Assembly: GCA_011109175.1 (NCBI GenBank)
Contig: RDEW01000037.1
Coordinates: forward strand, 560,760-624,759
Reading direction: 5' to 3'
Length of the DNA: 64,000 nt
Origin: Dicyema japonicum
Lineage: Eukaryota; Animalia; Dicyemida
The first letter of the stretch is position 1; each line of letters begins with the position of its first letter. Positions 1 to 12,279 of this stretch are shown in pieces. The position numbers and the translations under genes are program-made. Under the pieces are notes generated by a model that was given only the letters and a program-made list of their open reading frames with translations, searched no databases and was not told the DNA's origin.

Positions 1-94
1 AAGTAATGGAGGTTGAAGTAGGTATTCAATTTCCACCGCCTAAGGTATATGGGTATTTTAGTTCTCTTAGGAACATATTTTTACACTAATATGA
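1..94 (+). CDS. Possible 3' end of an unidentified host gene (..VMEVEVGIQFPPPK|EHIFTLI*) with a 26-nt intron at 45-70
   Basis: Open frame from base 3 to 44, then GTATAT...CTCTTAG intron, then a short last exon ending TGA at 92-94. No homology recognised. Confidence 0.35.
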
Positions 95-179
95 TCAATC
101 TTATAATGTTTATATTCGTTGAAAAATTTTGTCTACGCTTTGTAATTAATTAAATTATTCCAAAGAAAAGAGTAGTACG

Positions 180-412
180 AAATTAACTGACTCTTTAATC
201 CTGACGTGTTCCACCAGTAACCTCAGCACGGAAACTGAGGGCGAGTCTAGAACTCGTCGCCAGGGAACGAAATTGTCTTCCGATGGGATGAATAGATGGA
301 TCCTTTTGAATTCTGGCAAGACATTGGGAGTCTCTTTAGTGTGATGGATCCAATGAAATCACCTGAGGCAAGGAAGTGAAATCTTCAATTAGTAGTCACA
401 TGGCACCACACT
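180..412 (-). mobile_element. Non-autonomous element sharing the SINE-family 5' head but with a different body
   Basis: Minus strand GTGTGGTGCCATGTGACTACTAATTGAAGATTT matches the head at ~36929 (GTGTGGTGCCATGTGTCTACTCGATTGAAGATTT). An isolated SINE-type tail lies at ~425-490 (-). Confidence 0.5.
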
Positions 413-560
413 TTATAAGAATCGCTTTATTATTATTAAGCCCGGATATACCGAGAAAGAAGATAATAGTTTACAACTGTTAAGTTTGTCAGGAAATCGG
501 AAGAATCGCTTAATGTTTTTAAATCTATTTTGTTACATAATTTTAGTTATTTTATCTTAA

Positions 561-890
561 AAAGCCGGGAAACCTCTTGTCTGTGACGTCACCTGCACCG
601 ACACGTTTGCCCCTTGCAACCTATTCCAGAGTGCCTCTGGAACCTGTGTTGCCGCTGAGAAAGCCGAGGGGTTAAAACGGGAAAAGTACGCGGTCCTACA
701 CAAGAATTATTTGTTTGTTCCACTAGTCGGTGAGACGTTTGGTGGTCCTTGGGCTTGCGACGCTGGATTTCTTGAGTCCTTTAGGGAATCGAATTTCTAC
801 AAGAGCAAAAAACCCCCGTGAGCGCTGCTGGTTATTTGAGACAATCTCGCTCGTCATCCTAAGAGCCACGCAGTCATGGTGGCCGCTACA
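561..890 (+). mobile_element. CRE-clade non-LTR retrotransposon 3' fragment (restriction-like endonuclease domain)
   Basis: Manual translation GKPLVCDVTCTDTFAP...AAEKAEGLKREKY...FVPLVGETFGG, then a frameshift and ERCWLFETISLVILR. This is the typical CRE/Cnl1/MoTeR RLE pattern. Confidence 0.8.
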
Positions 891-939
891 TATATGACAA
901 TTTGCTCACATTTCACTTAATAGATCAAATTTCACTTAA

Positions 940-1590
940 TAAACCAAAAGGAAATCAAAGTATGCAAGGCTAATGTTCCGGGATTTGAATTCATCAGCAT
1001 GAAGATGTTCAAGGAAGTTCAGGAGGCTTTGCTGTTTGCTCTACAGAATTTCTTTAACGCAACGATAAAGTATGGACATATTCCACAATGGTGAAAGAAT
1101 TCGACTGTAAAAATAATACCAAAGCCAGGAAAGTAGGGGAAGGACCCTCTCAACTATAGACTGATCAGCCTTATATGATCGATATTTACGACTATTGCGC
1201 GGATTATCTTTAAGACTCTGTGTCGGCAAATAAAAGAGAGCGGTCTCCTCGCAGAACAATGGGGGCTCTGTCCAGGAAAATCCTGTATCGATTGTGTGTT
1301 ACCTTATGTACATGGATGTGTTGAGACAGGTGAACCTAGTGTGCCTGGATATTTCCAAGGCCTTGGATAGTGTGTGGCATGAATCCCTCCTATCAAGCCT
1401 GGTGTCAGCGGATATTCCAAAATACCTGTTTGTATGGCTGAGGAATTTCCCAACCGGGAAAATATCTCAAGAGTGTATTGGAGGATTCGTATCCGAAGAT
1501 ATTTCATTTGTGAGAGGTGTCCCGCAGGGCTCTGTCTTAAGCCTTCTACTGTTAAACATTTTCCTATCAGAGTTCCGGATTGTTTAAATA
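940..1590 (+). mobile_element. Decayed LINE reverse transcriptase fragment
   Basis: IIPKPGK..DPLNYRLISL, LDISKALDSVWH and GVPQGSVLSLLL motifs, interrupted by stops and frameshifts. Confidence 0.9.
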
Positions 1591-1756
1591 ACTTGTATAA
1601 CCAATAGATTTGCCAAAATCTATATTCTCTATTAAAACAGCATCACTATCGCTTGTTCAGTGGTAGGGACAGTGATCTACCTCATCTTTGAATTACTTTA
1701 CAAAAAATATAAGAAAACTCAAATCTCTCAACGACCGTATACTGATTTATAACAAT

Positions 1757-2140
1757 TAGGGATCACTTTTCAAGATTTGCTAAACATGTTGAAGTGGAAA
1801 AACTCCACAAGTTCTGGCAGGAGAACTAGCGCAAATTCACAAGGCCAAGGTGACAATATTTCCGATTGTTATGATATGGGATGGAGTAGTAACAAAGTAC
1901 TACAAGTCATATATGGAAAGACTCAACGTAGATGTCTCTACAAGGGCGTACATCCAATCAATGACGATTAAAAAAACTTTAGAGAGCATGATAATCGAGC
2001 ATAGACATAGGCTAAAAGTTGATAACTATGATGATGAGGTTACAAGAGTAACTAATCATCTTATCTCAAGAGGCTCTGAACTCGGAGGTGACGTCGAAGA
2101 GGAACCAAGAAAAACAGCTGTCTTGTCTAGTGATTTCTGA
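1757..2140 (+). mobile_element. 3' end of an RLE-type non-LTR retrotransposon (R4/NeSL-like)
   Basis: Across frameshifts: LGITFQDLLKHVEVEKLHK..LAGELAQIHKAKVTIFPIVMIWDGVVTKY..AYIQSMTIKKTLES, an RLE C-terminal pattern (E-x-x-K..PIV). Confidence 0.7.
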
Positions 2141-3436
2141 AGTGGTATACGAGAGGAACAGTGAGGGTGATACAAAGGGCCAATGCCCAAAAAGGAGGAG
2201 AATTCAGCCTGCATAGTGTTAATTAATTTCAATTGATTTTCTTATTCGTATCGGAAGGTTTTTCGGAAGAGACTGAGAGTCAGTTCAACTTAAACTAGAT
2301 CTCGAGTTTTGCAAAAGTTCCAGTTTTTTCGTTGCTAGTGAAGGTGTTGATGACTGTAACATATTAACGTGAATACAGAAGACCCATCATGTAGTTTGTT
2401 CACCTTGTGACCAAATGGATGGACTATTGAATGGTTTCGCCAACGGACTCTAAGAAGGGAGTATAGAAGTAATCTTCACGGACAGTACCTCACATGATCA
2501 GACATGCCGACCACGTGTACGCTTGTCACTTATGTAGAGCACTGTTCAGTACTCTAATTCTCGGGTTCGAAACGTACTTTTATATTAGCACGATTCTGTT
2601 GAATTGTTCACCAGGTGAACTTGTTAAAGCACAGTGTATGAACGTTAAACTGACACACGTGTGCTTTTACGGTTATTTAGACTATTATGGGAATTATCAT
2701 GTAAAGTATAGTTCAAACTTTCTATGCCACTATCAGAGATTGGTTCAGGACAGACAAGTATCCGGCATTTTCACTGTCAAATAGGATTTTGAAGATTAAT
2801 TTATTTTTCCTTGCATAAAAAAGTGATACTCTGTCCCGTCTTGAAGTGAGTGATCAGTCAAAAGAACAGTCTGATTATTCAGATTGATGACACTGAGAAG
2901 ATCAATCAGCTTCTTTTTCAAAGTTTCATAGCACTTTTTAAAATCTAAATGCTCAATTATTCCTCCAAAGCTCACCATTTCTACAAATCGTGACAAAACT
3001 CCTATTGGAGTAGTGAGACTGCTCATTACGAGTCCAAAGAGAAAATATCCTAATGATCAAAGCTTATAAGTACCCGTCATAAACAAAGACTCCAAAATCT
3101 GGTTCACATTCTAACATTTTAAAGCCAACTAACGAGCATCATATATCAGACTTATATATCCTTGGTAAAACCAAACACAAACAGTCATAACAAATTAATC
3201 CAAGGAGAACGTTTGCTTGTACCGACCAAATCCATGCTCAAATAGTTCATATAGGCATCCCGCTTCTGAAGAGAGGTGGAGAAGTAGGTCCGCCCTCTGC
3301 CATTTTCATAGCACCTCCTACCGCCACGGATATCACTTCATTTTTGGGTGGAAGAGTTTTGATAATGGTAGTATGTCGCGAGCCGAAGGTGCTACCGCGT
3401 AGTGTCAAGGTAGAGATGAGACGGATGAGCTTAGTA

Positions 3437-3762
3437 TTTTATTTATTTATTAACCCCGGATACACCGAGAAAGAAGTTAAAGTAAACAACTAATTAAGTG
3501 TATCCAGTTTCCACTTCTACAGAAACAGAGTCCATCCGGAATCAGCATAAAGGGTAAGACGTCCATTACATGCAGTTGTGGGAACCTTTCCAGTGGAGTG
3601 GGGGAGAGCAAATGATCCTTTTTCATGCTGGCCTGGCACTGGGCGTCACCTAGACAGGTGGATCACATGACGCCACTCTAATAGGAAGAGAGAAGAGGAA
3701 GAGACAAGCCAACAGAAAACTTCAACCAATTAACCACGCAGCACTACATGGTGCCACGCGGT
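3437..3762 (-). mobile_element. SINE-like non-autonomous retroelement, most complete copy (~325 bp)
   Basis: Homologous to the + strand copies at ~21977, 29299, 36926, 43044, 50756 and 56920. It has a LINE-type 3' hairpin (3456-3465 / 3498-3507) and an A-rich tail. Confidence 0.8.
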
Positions 3763-4029
3763 TTTCACTACGCGGATCAATTTATTAAATTTACAATAAA
3801 GTTAATTTTAGAATTCTAATCTATTAGAATTAATTTTGTGAAAATATAGGTTTTATAAGATTTTGCAAATTTTATTTGGATCATTTAGGTTTTCCGCAGT
3901 GAACGTAAGAAATTAAGCTTATCATTGGGACTTTCTCCGTTAATCTCGGAACTTATCGAAAATGCCTGTTTGGTAGTGAATTGTCCAATTTTCTGGTTGA
4001 TCAACCAAGTATTTCTAGCGCAGTTGAGA

Positions 4030-4340
4030 GAACATTAAAAATGTCACTGGACTGACAAAATTCCCAAGGCCCTCTTTAAGAAAGCTCCCGTTACTATCCT
4101 GGAGTATTTGGAAAGATTTTATAACCGTAGCTTAAGTTGGGTTACATTCGCTTTTATAAAACGTGGCTTGACTGGCCTTTATAAGAAAACCTTAGAAGCC
4201 TCCCAATTACCCTGGTAGTCCTATAGCTCGTTACCTACTGTAGCTAAATTTATTAGAAAGATTGAAAAACCAAAAGATAACCAGAGAATGAATTGTTACT
4301 TACGGAAAGTGGGTTCAAAGTCAACCAAACTCCAGGTTTT
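4030..4340 (+). mobile_element. Decayed LINE RT N-terminal fragment
   Basis: TDKIPKALFKKAPVTILEYLERFYNRSL, followed by a degenerate PIALLPTVAK motif. Confidence 0.6.
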
Positions 4341-4399
4341 TTAAGTATGATTAAAGTTCTGATTTTCCATATCGATGGATCTGTTTCTACTTTCCTTTG

Positions 4400-4900
4400 A
4401 TGGATGTCCAGCTAGACTAATAATGTCTGGAGATGCCCCCAGGTTCGTTGAGCCTTGAGAGATAAATTGTGCAAAATTGGTAAAGTGTTTTTTTGTTGAT
4501 CATATAAGTCAAAACATTTCGTCGTCATAAGTCAAGGGACTACGATCTTTCCATACAAGTGGGGTACTGCTATACAAAACTACCTTCATTCTAGCTGAGG
4601 TGGGTGATTCAATTGCTTGAAACCGTACATGTGACCCCAACGGGATATCATCTATCCACCTTAAGCATTGGATCGCGAACTAAGGCTGCATTAACAGACT
4701 TTTACGATTATTATATCAACACCCAAAACTCTGTAAGGATTTCTTAATCACAGCAATTTTGAAAGCGAGAAAATCTTAACGTTTTCACTTACATCACAAT
4801 GTTCAAAGTGTTGGAAAACTTGTTCTAGTGATAATTTCCCCGATCTTAAGTCACTTTTCATACAGCATGGCTTCAGACTTCGACATATGTATTTGTAACA
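4400..4900 (-). mobile_element. Heavily decayed RT fragment (RTE-like)
   Basis: Degenerate motifs SDLRSGKLSLEQVF and LTYDDEM (YADD-like). Confidence 0.4.
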
Positions 4901-4949
4901 CAGCTTTACTCTCTGTGGGCATAAACAATAAATTCGACTCTCTCTCGAG

Positions 4950-5740
4950 GTCTCTGCTGACAAATAAGATTTTAGTGACCTTTATTTATCAGAATAGGTC
5001 GACGTGGAGAGTACGCTGTCAATATCGATTCAACATCTCGTCTCTTCCAGAACGGGGCTACCCGCGGCTGCCGCTATCCAATCATGACTGATTCGGTATT
5101 AATTCTCTTACAGTGTCTGCGGCAAAATACACATTCACAATATTTACGGGAAGCTAAAGTGTGAGACTAAAGTGTATATTGGGGTCACCCCTATTCCGAT
5201 ATCAAGTAAACTTAAGATTCTTGGGGTTACTTATGACTCACCGATGAACTTCTCTCAACGCTAAAAATGTCTTGACCAAGAGACTCCGGAAGTTGAATGT
5301 GCTGGCCTCCTGTCGGCTGAATATCCAGACTGTATAACTAAGGCCATCGTTCCAACAATACGCCTGTCCCACGTGGAGGTTTGTAGTATCCCCATCCAAA
5401 TTCGACAAAAATTCAATCAGAGGGAGACTAAGCGTTTGTTTTCCATACTATTACAACTCTCTCCCCCTTTCCTTTCAAAAAATCCACGAGAATCATGACC
5501 GGTTTCCAGTGTTTTAAAAGAACTAGGAAACCCATTAGGGATGCGATTGCTAAGAAACGTCAATCGATCTTAAGAAAGACTCCCCAGTCGACTTCTAGGC
5601 ATTCAGGAGGCTCTATCGTCTGCATTTGGGACACTGGAAGACCACGCAAGAAGAGTCCAGGAATTAATGGAAGCTACGATTACTTAATTAGGTGTTTTAG
5701 CATCTTTTTTGTGATCTTGGGGTTCTCAATAAAAATATAA
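4950..5740 (+). mobile_element. 5'-truncated LINE, RT C-terminus plus 3' tail
   Basis: LKILGVTYDS motif. Ends with GATTACTTAATTAG...GTGATCTTGGGGTT and an A-rich tail. Confidence 0.65.
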
Positions 5741-5799
5741 CAACCTCACCTACATGAAACTGGATTCCACGATCTTGTGGTATGTTTTGGTGATTAAAT

Positions 5800-7099
5800 C
5801 CTTAGAATTACCACTGTACAGGATACAAAGAAGGTTTATCGACATTATTTCTTGAAGCCAAAAAGGTAATTCAACTCGATCTGACATGGTTGAGCCTGTT
5901 CCATTCCATGAAAGATTTCAAGGATCCTTGAAAGGCTTGTTTTGGAAAAAATACAAGACTCAATCTCAATACCTCCGACCCAGCACGGATTTCGGGATAA
6001 CCATTCGACAACAACATACCTTACATCCCTCACACAATTCATTGCGGAAGGATTTAACTTCCCCAAACCCCATCAGAGGACAGTACTTATATCCGTGGAC
6101 ATCACAAAAGCGTTCGACTCAGTCCCTAGGAAACTCCTAACAAAGAAAATATACGAAACCAACATCCATCCGAACCTGAAACTTTGGCTTGGAAACTTCC
6201 TAAATGGAAGACGAGCACAAGTACTCTGACAACATCAAATCAAGATCTCGCTATTTCCAATTGGAGTCCCTCAAGGCTCCCCACTATCACCCCAACTCTT
6301 CAATCTCTACATAAACGACATGCCACAAACCTGTAATGAAAACTGTCTAATCCTCTCTATGCCGACGATATCATTCTTGCCTCCAAGAACAGAAGCATTT
6401 AATCAGCGACTCAGTCCGCTCAACAAATGCTCGACAACCTGGAACTATGGCTCTCGAAGCGGAGACTCGACACATCAGCAGCAAAGTCCTTTGTCACTCT
6501 GTTTACCACTTACAAAGACAGCTCTGTATCGAACCAAAAGTCTTTATGAAGAACGAAGCTATTCCTATTAACAAAACACCGAAGATTCTGGGAGTCCTTT
6601 GATCAGGGACTCACCTTTATCGATATGTTGAGAACAAAGTAAACTGAGAATTTTAAAAGTGCTCTCAAAAACACTTAGAGACTTGCCACGATTTATGAAC
6701 AATTTATCTGACCAACGATGACGTATGCAAGTCCTTCATGGGCAATGCAGATTTCACGATCCTCCTCATTGAAACTATCTGCATTCTAGGGGACTGAATA
6801 AAGTTAATTGGACCAGAACACAAAATCCAGCCCATTGAATATTTCTTAATCGAATTACAACGGAAACTCTTAAAGGAGGCTATTTCACCGAGCTGCCCTC
6901 TATTCCATACACTATCGAAATATCTATAATCATCAGAAGTTTTGAGCCGATGCTATGTCCAATAAGAATAGCTGTTAAGGATTCTCGATCCAACCGGACT
7001 CGTCCTCTCCTTTGTCGGTCTGGGATCACTTAGTTAGATGAGAACTTTTATTTCTTTTCTTTGACCCAGTGATCCTGGGGGTAATAATAATAATAATAA
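5800..7099 (+). mobile_element. 5'-truncated LINE (RT to 3' end) with (TAA)n tail
   Basis: QHGFR, VDITKAFDSV, GVPQGSPLSP, YADD and KILGV motifs. ORF2 ends ..RSGIT*, followed by a hairpin at 7020-7078 and TAA repeats. Confidence 0.92.
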
Positions 7100-8529
7100 T
7101 TCATAGGTATTAAAAACGGTATAATCAAGTTAGAGAGAGACTCATGATTATGGAGAGAGACTCATGAACCTATACCAGTCTTTAATACTTATGTCATTCT
7201 TCTAGGACCCATTTATCTGTTATAACAGTTTAGAGAAGATCTCATTTAAGGCGAAAATAGCTTACAGAGTTACGGAAAAGTCGATTTCCTAAATGAAATA
7301 CCCAGCACCGTCTTTTTCGGAGTCAGTATACGTAAAACGACAGTTCTGTCTAGTACGTTTTTGTGTAGATTAGAGACGATCATAGAGCCAAGTAGTTTTT
7401 AACGTGTTGGGTTCAAATAGTTCTGCCATGCTTAGTGGTATACATGACGTTATCAAAAAATAATTGCTACTTTAATAAAGAGACATTTTTAAATCGTATT
7501 GAGTGTTATAGGGGATTACATTTTATTAAAAATCCTGCCGTGAGGCTCGGATACTTTCTCAGTTTTACCACCCTAGCTTCAAATTTTTGTCTGATTGTCC
7601 TATCTTACACTCTAGTAGTTAGAAGAACTCCTTATCAGTTTAATTAAGACAGTCCTTACTTAGTTGTTTCAGCATTTCCTTCTATTTTCCTAGTGTTTCT
7701 TTATTTCATTTACGACGGTCCAGCTTGAACGTTATCCTCCTCGCCTTATCCAGAAAGTTGATTATTGTTCCCTCTGTCGAAAAAATATCATCCTTCACAT
7801 CCTAGATGAGAGAGAACAGAATAATTCTTTCAAAAATAAAGATAAAAGTCTCTTTTAAATCAAGTCTAGGTAGACATAAGATGCTCGCATTTTGACATAA
7901 TCCTTTCTGTATCCAAAACGGACACCAAATTAAGGCAGATAATTAACATTGCTGATACCACTCAGTTTGATAAATTGAAATAAAAAGTATAAGACCCCCC
8001 ATAGGTAGCATGGTTTGAGCGAGGTGGACTGTAAAGCCAGTTTATATTATAAATTAGTAAATTATTGTCTGTGCTAATGAGAATCATAATGCTTGGTGAC
8101 CTTTTTCATAATTGAGCAGCCAAGGATTCCATACGTTCAACATGGAAAGGACAACAAATGGTTTTTTTAACAGCCTTTTCACGAGAGCCATAATATCTAT
8201 AGCTACACATAGGCAGGACACACACTTTATTTAAGTAAAGAACAATTGATTGCAAAGAGAACTGGCGAAAGCGAGTCCCCTTGCGGAGTACCAATCTAGG
8301 CTCCGTTGATTTTTTGTTCCCCGAAACTTTTGGAAAAACGTCAGCGGCTCGTTGGAATAATTTGGACCTATATTTTAATAAAATATAAGAACCCTTCGTA
8401 AATGCTGACCTAGATAATTTTTTTATTTAGTGTCTTTTGCTCCATTGTTAAACAATACCTATACACCGCAAATCACGCTAGTGTCAATTTGAAAATACAG
8501 GTTCACAATACTGAAATTCTATTATATAA

Positions 8530-9060
8530 ATTTTTTACCGCAAAATCAACCTCGTTCGGGTCCTCGAAGATTCTACAGAATTTATAAAAACGGGGACGGT
8601 CTCATTCTCCATAGATTCCCCGCATTACAAGATAGTCAGATATAGAGTGAAAGCGGACAGCCGTTTTTCATAGCCTACTGTAGAAATGACTTCACTCTTT
8701 AGATGTTCTTTAAGATTCATTACGTTATTCACAGTTTTCTTATTAATTATTTTAAGGCAGCAAGTTGTGCGGCTTCTAATTTTTGAGACTTTTGAGACGA
8801 CGATTCAGATATCAGCTTCAGAAAGGACATGCGTAATCGATTGCTGGCAGTATGTATTGTCTGTAAATTTTCGGTAGTAAGAAGGTGTTGTGCCCAATTG
8901 GTGATCGGGACAAAATTTTCAATATGCTGGTCTTTTCCTGAAGTTGGTTATAATGTCATTGACGTGTGATTCGAATGTCAAGAGAGTATTCAACTTTAAT
9001 CCTAGTGAAATATTTGGAGTCGAATAAAGGGGGCGGAAGCGATTGGTTAACAAAATCATC
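8530..9060 (-). mobile_element. Decayed LINE C-terminal fragment
   Basis: LGLKLNTLLTFESHV and IYRQYILPAIDYACPF motifs. Confidence 0.7.
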
Positions 9061-9545
9061 AAAGTGCTAATAGTAAGTGAAAATAAGATATTTTATTAAA
9101 AGTAAGTTAAATTAAAGTTGTTATGAGGTCTCTATTATGACCTGGAAATATTGAACACGCGATGGGAGATACCTTTCATAATTTCGATTCCTAATGTTCT
9201 GGAAAAGCCATCGCGTCATTCTAGGTTCACCCTTCCTCTTCTTTACAGCTGCCCGATTAACCTGATAAACTCATTAACCTGATCCGATTTCGCAGTGAGA
9301 TGTTCACTGATGACGGCGTCATTCGTCAAGCCAAAGCATTTTATATGCGTGGAACTTTTATCCGGAATGTACAGCTGCGAGATTCGAACTATGACTCCTC
9401 AGGCCATTTAAAGCTCTCATAACAACGCCAAATCGGAATGTAATATTATAGTTTATTGAAGATAATGTTAATTTATTGTATTTTATGATTTTTTAATAAA
9501 ATGTAATATAAAGTAATTTATTTATTTTAAGAATATGAAGGTTAT

Positions 9546-11630
9546 TTTGGTTGAGGTGGTGACGTCCCTCTTGAAAAGTATGTCTGAAAAACACGAAAAT
9601 TGCAACCTAAATGACTTCTCTCTTTTAACGTTCAACGTCAGAGGACTCTCTAGTGCATGGAAAAGAAAAGAACTTTGTGAAGACCTTTCAAAATACAAGA
9701 TATCAGTCGGATGTCTCCAAGAGACAAAATTATCGAAGGAGTTTGAAGAAGAACACGGAAAGTTTCAATTAATCTTTCTCTCTGGGGGATCAAAACATTA
9801 CGAAATTTGATTTCTTGTAAGAAAGGACTTACTCCTGCGCATATACCGTCACTTGACTATCAACGAAAAGATTGGGATTTTACAAATAACATTGGACGAT
9901 CATAACTCTCCGAAGAGTTATCTTACTATTATTAACGCATATGCTCCACATAGTGGATGGATCAATAAGAAACCCGAGGAAATTGACGACTTTTATGCGA
10001 ATCTGTCTGATGTTTATTCCAATTATGCAAATTTCACATTAATATTGATTGCCTATGATCTTAATGCAAAAGTTGGAAATCGAATCACTATAGAAGAATC
10101 ATTCATTGTAAGACATGGAAGGGGAAAAAGGAACATTGCAGGAACCTTGCTAGCCAGCTTTTGTCAAGCAAATTATCTATTTTTTGTAACACGGACTTTA
10201 TCCACTCTGCAAGACACAGGACAACTTGGTCAGGCAATAGAACTAAGTCTGACGGAAGCATTGCGAAATAGACTACATTATTTGCAGACAAAAAGACCGC
10301 AGTATTGTCACTGATGCCCGTGCTTATGAAGGGTCTATAATTGACAGCGATCACAAGATGGTTATTGCCAATATGTCCATAAAGAAACTTATGGGTTTGC
10401 AAGGGATGAAAAGAGAGTGCAATGGACACACGGACTGCGGGGGAAGGGATACGTTTTAGACCGTACCTGTCTGCTTATCAAAGTGGCTTCCGCAAAGGGA
10501 GATCAACGTCAGATGTTATATGGAGCCACAAATGGAGAAGTGCGACTGTTATATAATTTAAAATAACGACAACCATTCTGGGGATTGATATGTTAAAGGC
10601 TTTTGATTCCGTCAACAGGATCAAGCTGCTGCACATACTGGAGCACTTTTTGGAAAGCTCAACGATTAGGATGGTCAGGACTGGGAAAGCTTTATCGAGG
10701 AAATTTGAAACGACAATTGGTACCCCTCAAGGAAATCCATTATCCCCGATTTTGTTTATTATTTATCTGGAGGCAGCTCTACGAGACTTGAAGCCTCATA
10801 TCAGAGAAGGAACTAGCATAATAGCATATGCGGACGACGTGGACTTTATTTCGAATAACAAAGAAGAGTTAATTGCACTTTTGGAAAAATGCCTGGTAAA
10901 ATGGCTGAGTGGTCATTAAAAGTAAACACAAACAAAACCGAAATCACGGAGCTAAAAAGAAGTGAGGAAAGGACCGATGAGCACTGGCGTAGATCAAAAA
11001 AACTAGGATCCCTTTCGGTGACACAGAAGATATAACACGAAGGAAGTCACTAACTAACGTCGCTTTCAACAAAATGAAGAAGACCTGGCTTCTGCACAAG
11101 GGCTTGACCCTAAAACTCGAATGAGACTATTCAATGCCCTAGTGAGTCCAATCCTATTATATAATGCCGGTACAGGGCATGTACAGGAGGAACTCGAAAA
11201 GTTGAATTCTTTTCACAGAAATCATATCCGAGCACTCCTTTCTTCCCGAAGCTTTTTCAAAATGCTGTCCGAAATCTTATACAAGAGAACAGGAACTGAG
11301 CCAACATCATGTGATAGTAATGATTTAAGATGAAGGCTCTTTGGACACATACTACACCACGATATGGGGACCCCTGCCAACATATCAATGGAGGAGTATT
11401 TTGTCTTAGAAGCTTATCGCTTCCGCGGCCGGACGAAAACAACACTGACGGTTTTTCTAGATGAAGATCTCAGGAGGATTGGAAAGTGCCTTAAAGATGG
11501 GGACGATCTAGATATGCTACGGAACATGGCAACGGATCGAAAAAGATGGGCGACGTTAATTAGATTGATAACTTTTTATGTTGCACATGTTTTGTCATGA
11601 TCTTGGCATCGCGTACGTGCCTATAATAAT
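9546..11630 (+). mobile_element. RTE-like LINE (APE + RT), internally deleted, with a 14-bp TSD
   Basis: APE motifs (TFNVRGL, CLQETK, NAYAPH, DLNAKVG, DSDH) and RT motifs (QSGFRKGRST, KAFDSV, GTPQG, YADDV). TAA tail. TSD AATATGAAGGTTAT at 9532-9545 and 11631-11644. Confidence 0.92.
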
Positions 11631-12279
11631 AATATGAAGGTTATGACTAGACTAACGTATCCTTCTTCTGTTGCAAGATCTTAACCAGCCATCCACATGA
11701 CTACTTCATCGGACTCCGGGTTTGTCTTCATCTTGCCACCCGATATTCTATTCTCTTAAAACAAAATGCTTATGTCCTCCTAGAGTAGGATTACGTCAAA
11801 GATGAGAGGCCTCTGTTAACTCCGTTAGTTTATTCAAAAACCACAGCTTGGAAGATTCCCAAGGATATATTCTTCTCGAACTAGATATCAGTGATGCTTT
11901 CGACACTCTAAGAATAATAATAATATTCCAGTGGTTTTATAGAAAGATGATGCCCTTATATCTTCAAATTACCCAATTGTGAATTTTCCGACTTTGAGTT
12001 TTCAGAATCTATATCATCTTTTATGATTTAACTCCCATAAGTATATCTGCTGATAAACCCGAATATTCCATGATCCCCCATCACTAAGAGAGCAATGGTG
12101 TATGCATTATGTGACAAGCAATGCTTATTTTAAATTATTTATGTTCGTTATATTCGATTGTTTCTTCACTAACGATCATTTTCAACTCAATCAAAGATAT
12201 ATGAAAACAATCTATTATTTATCTGATCCTAAAGCCTAGGAAACCAAAGGAAGACTCAAGCTCCTAGAGACCGATGTCG

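Noticed and set aside
2300-3030. Minus-strand host gene with micro-introns
   Set aside because: Several short GT..AG gaps exist, but no continuous frame or recognisable domain could be rebuilt.
8248-8297. RT gene at the IGTPQGDSLSPVLFAI motif (minus strand)
   Set aside because: Only a ~50-bp orphan scrap of an RTE-like RT.
9305-9340. Hammerhead ribozyme (CTGATGA followed by a short stem)
   Set aside because: No GAAA core after stem II and no convincing stems I/III.
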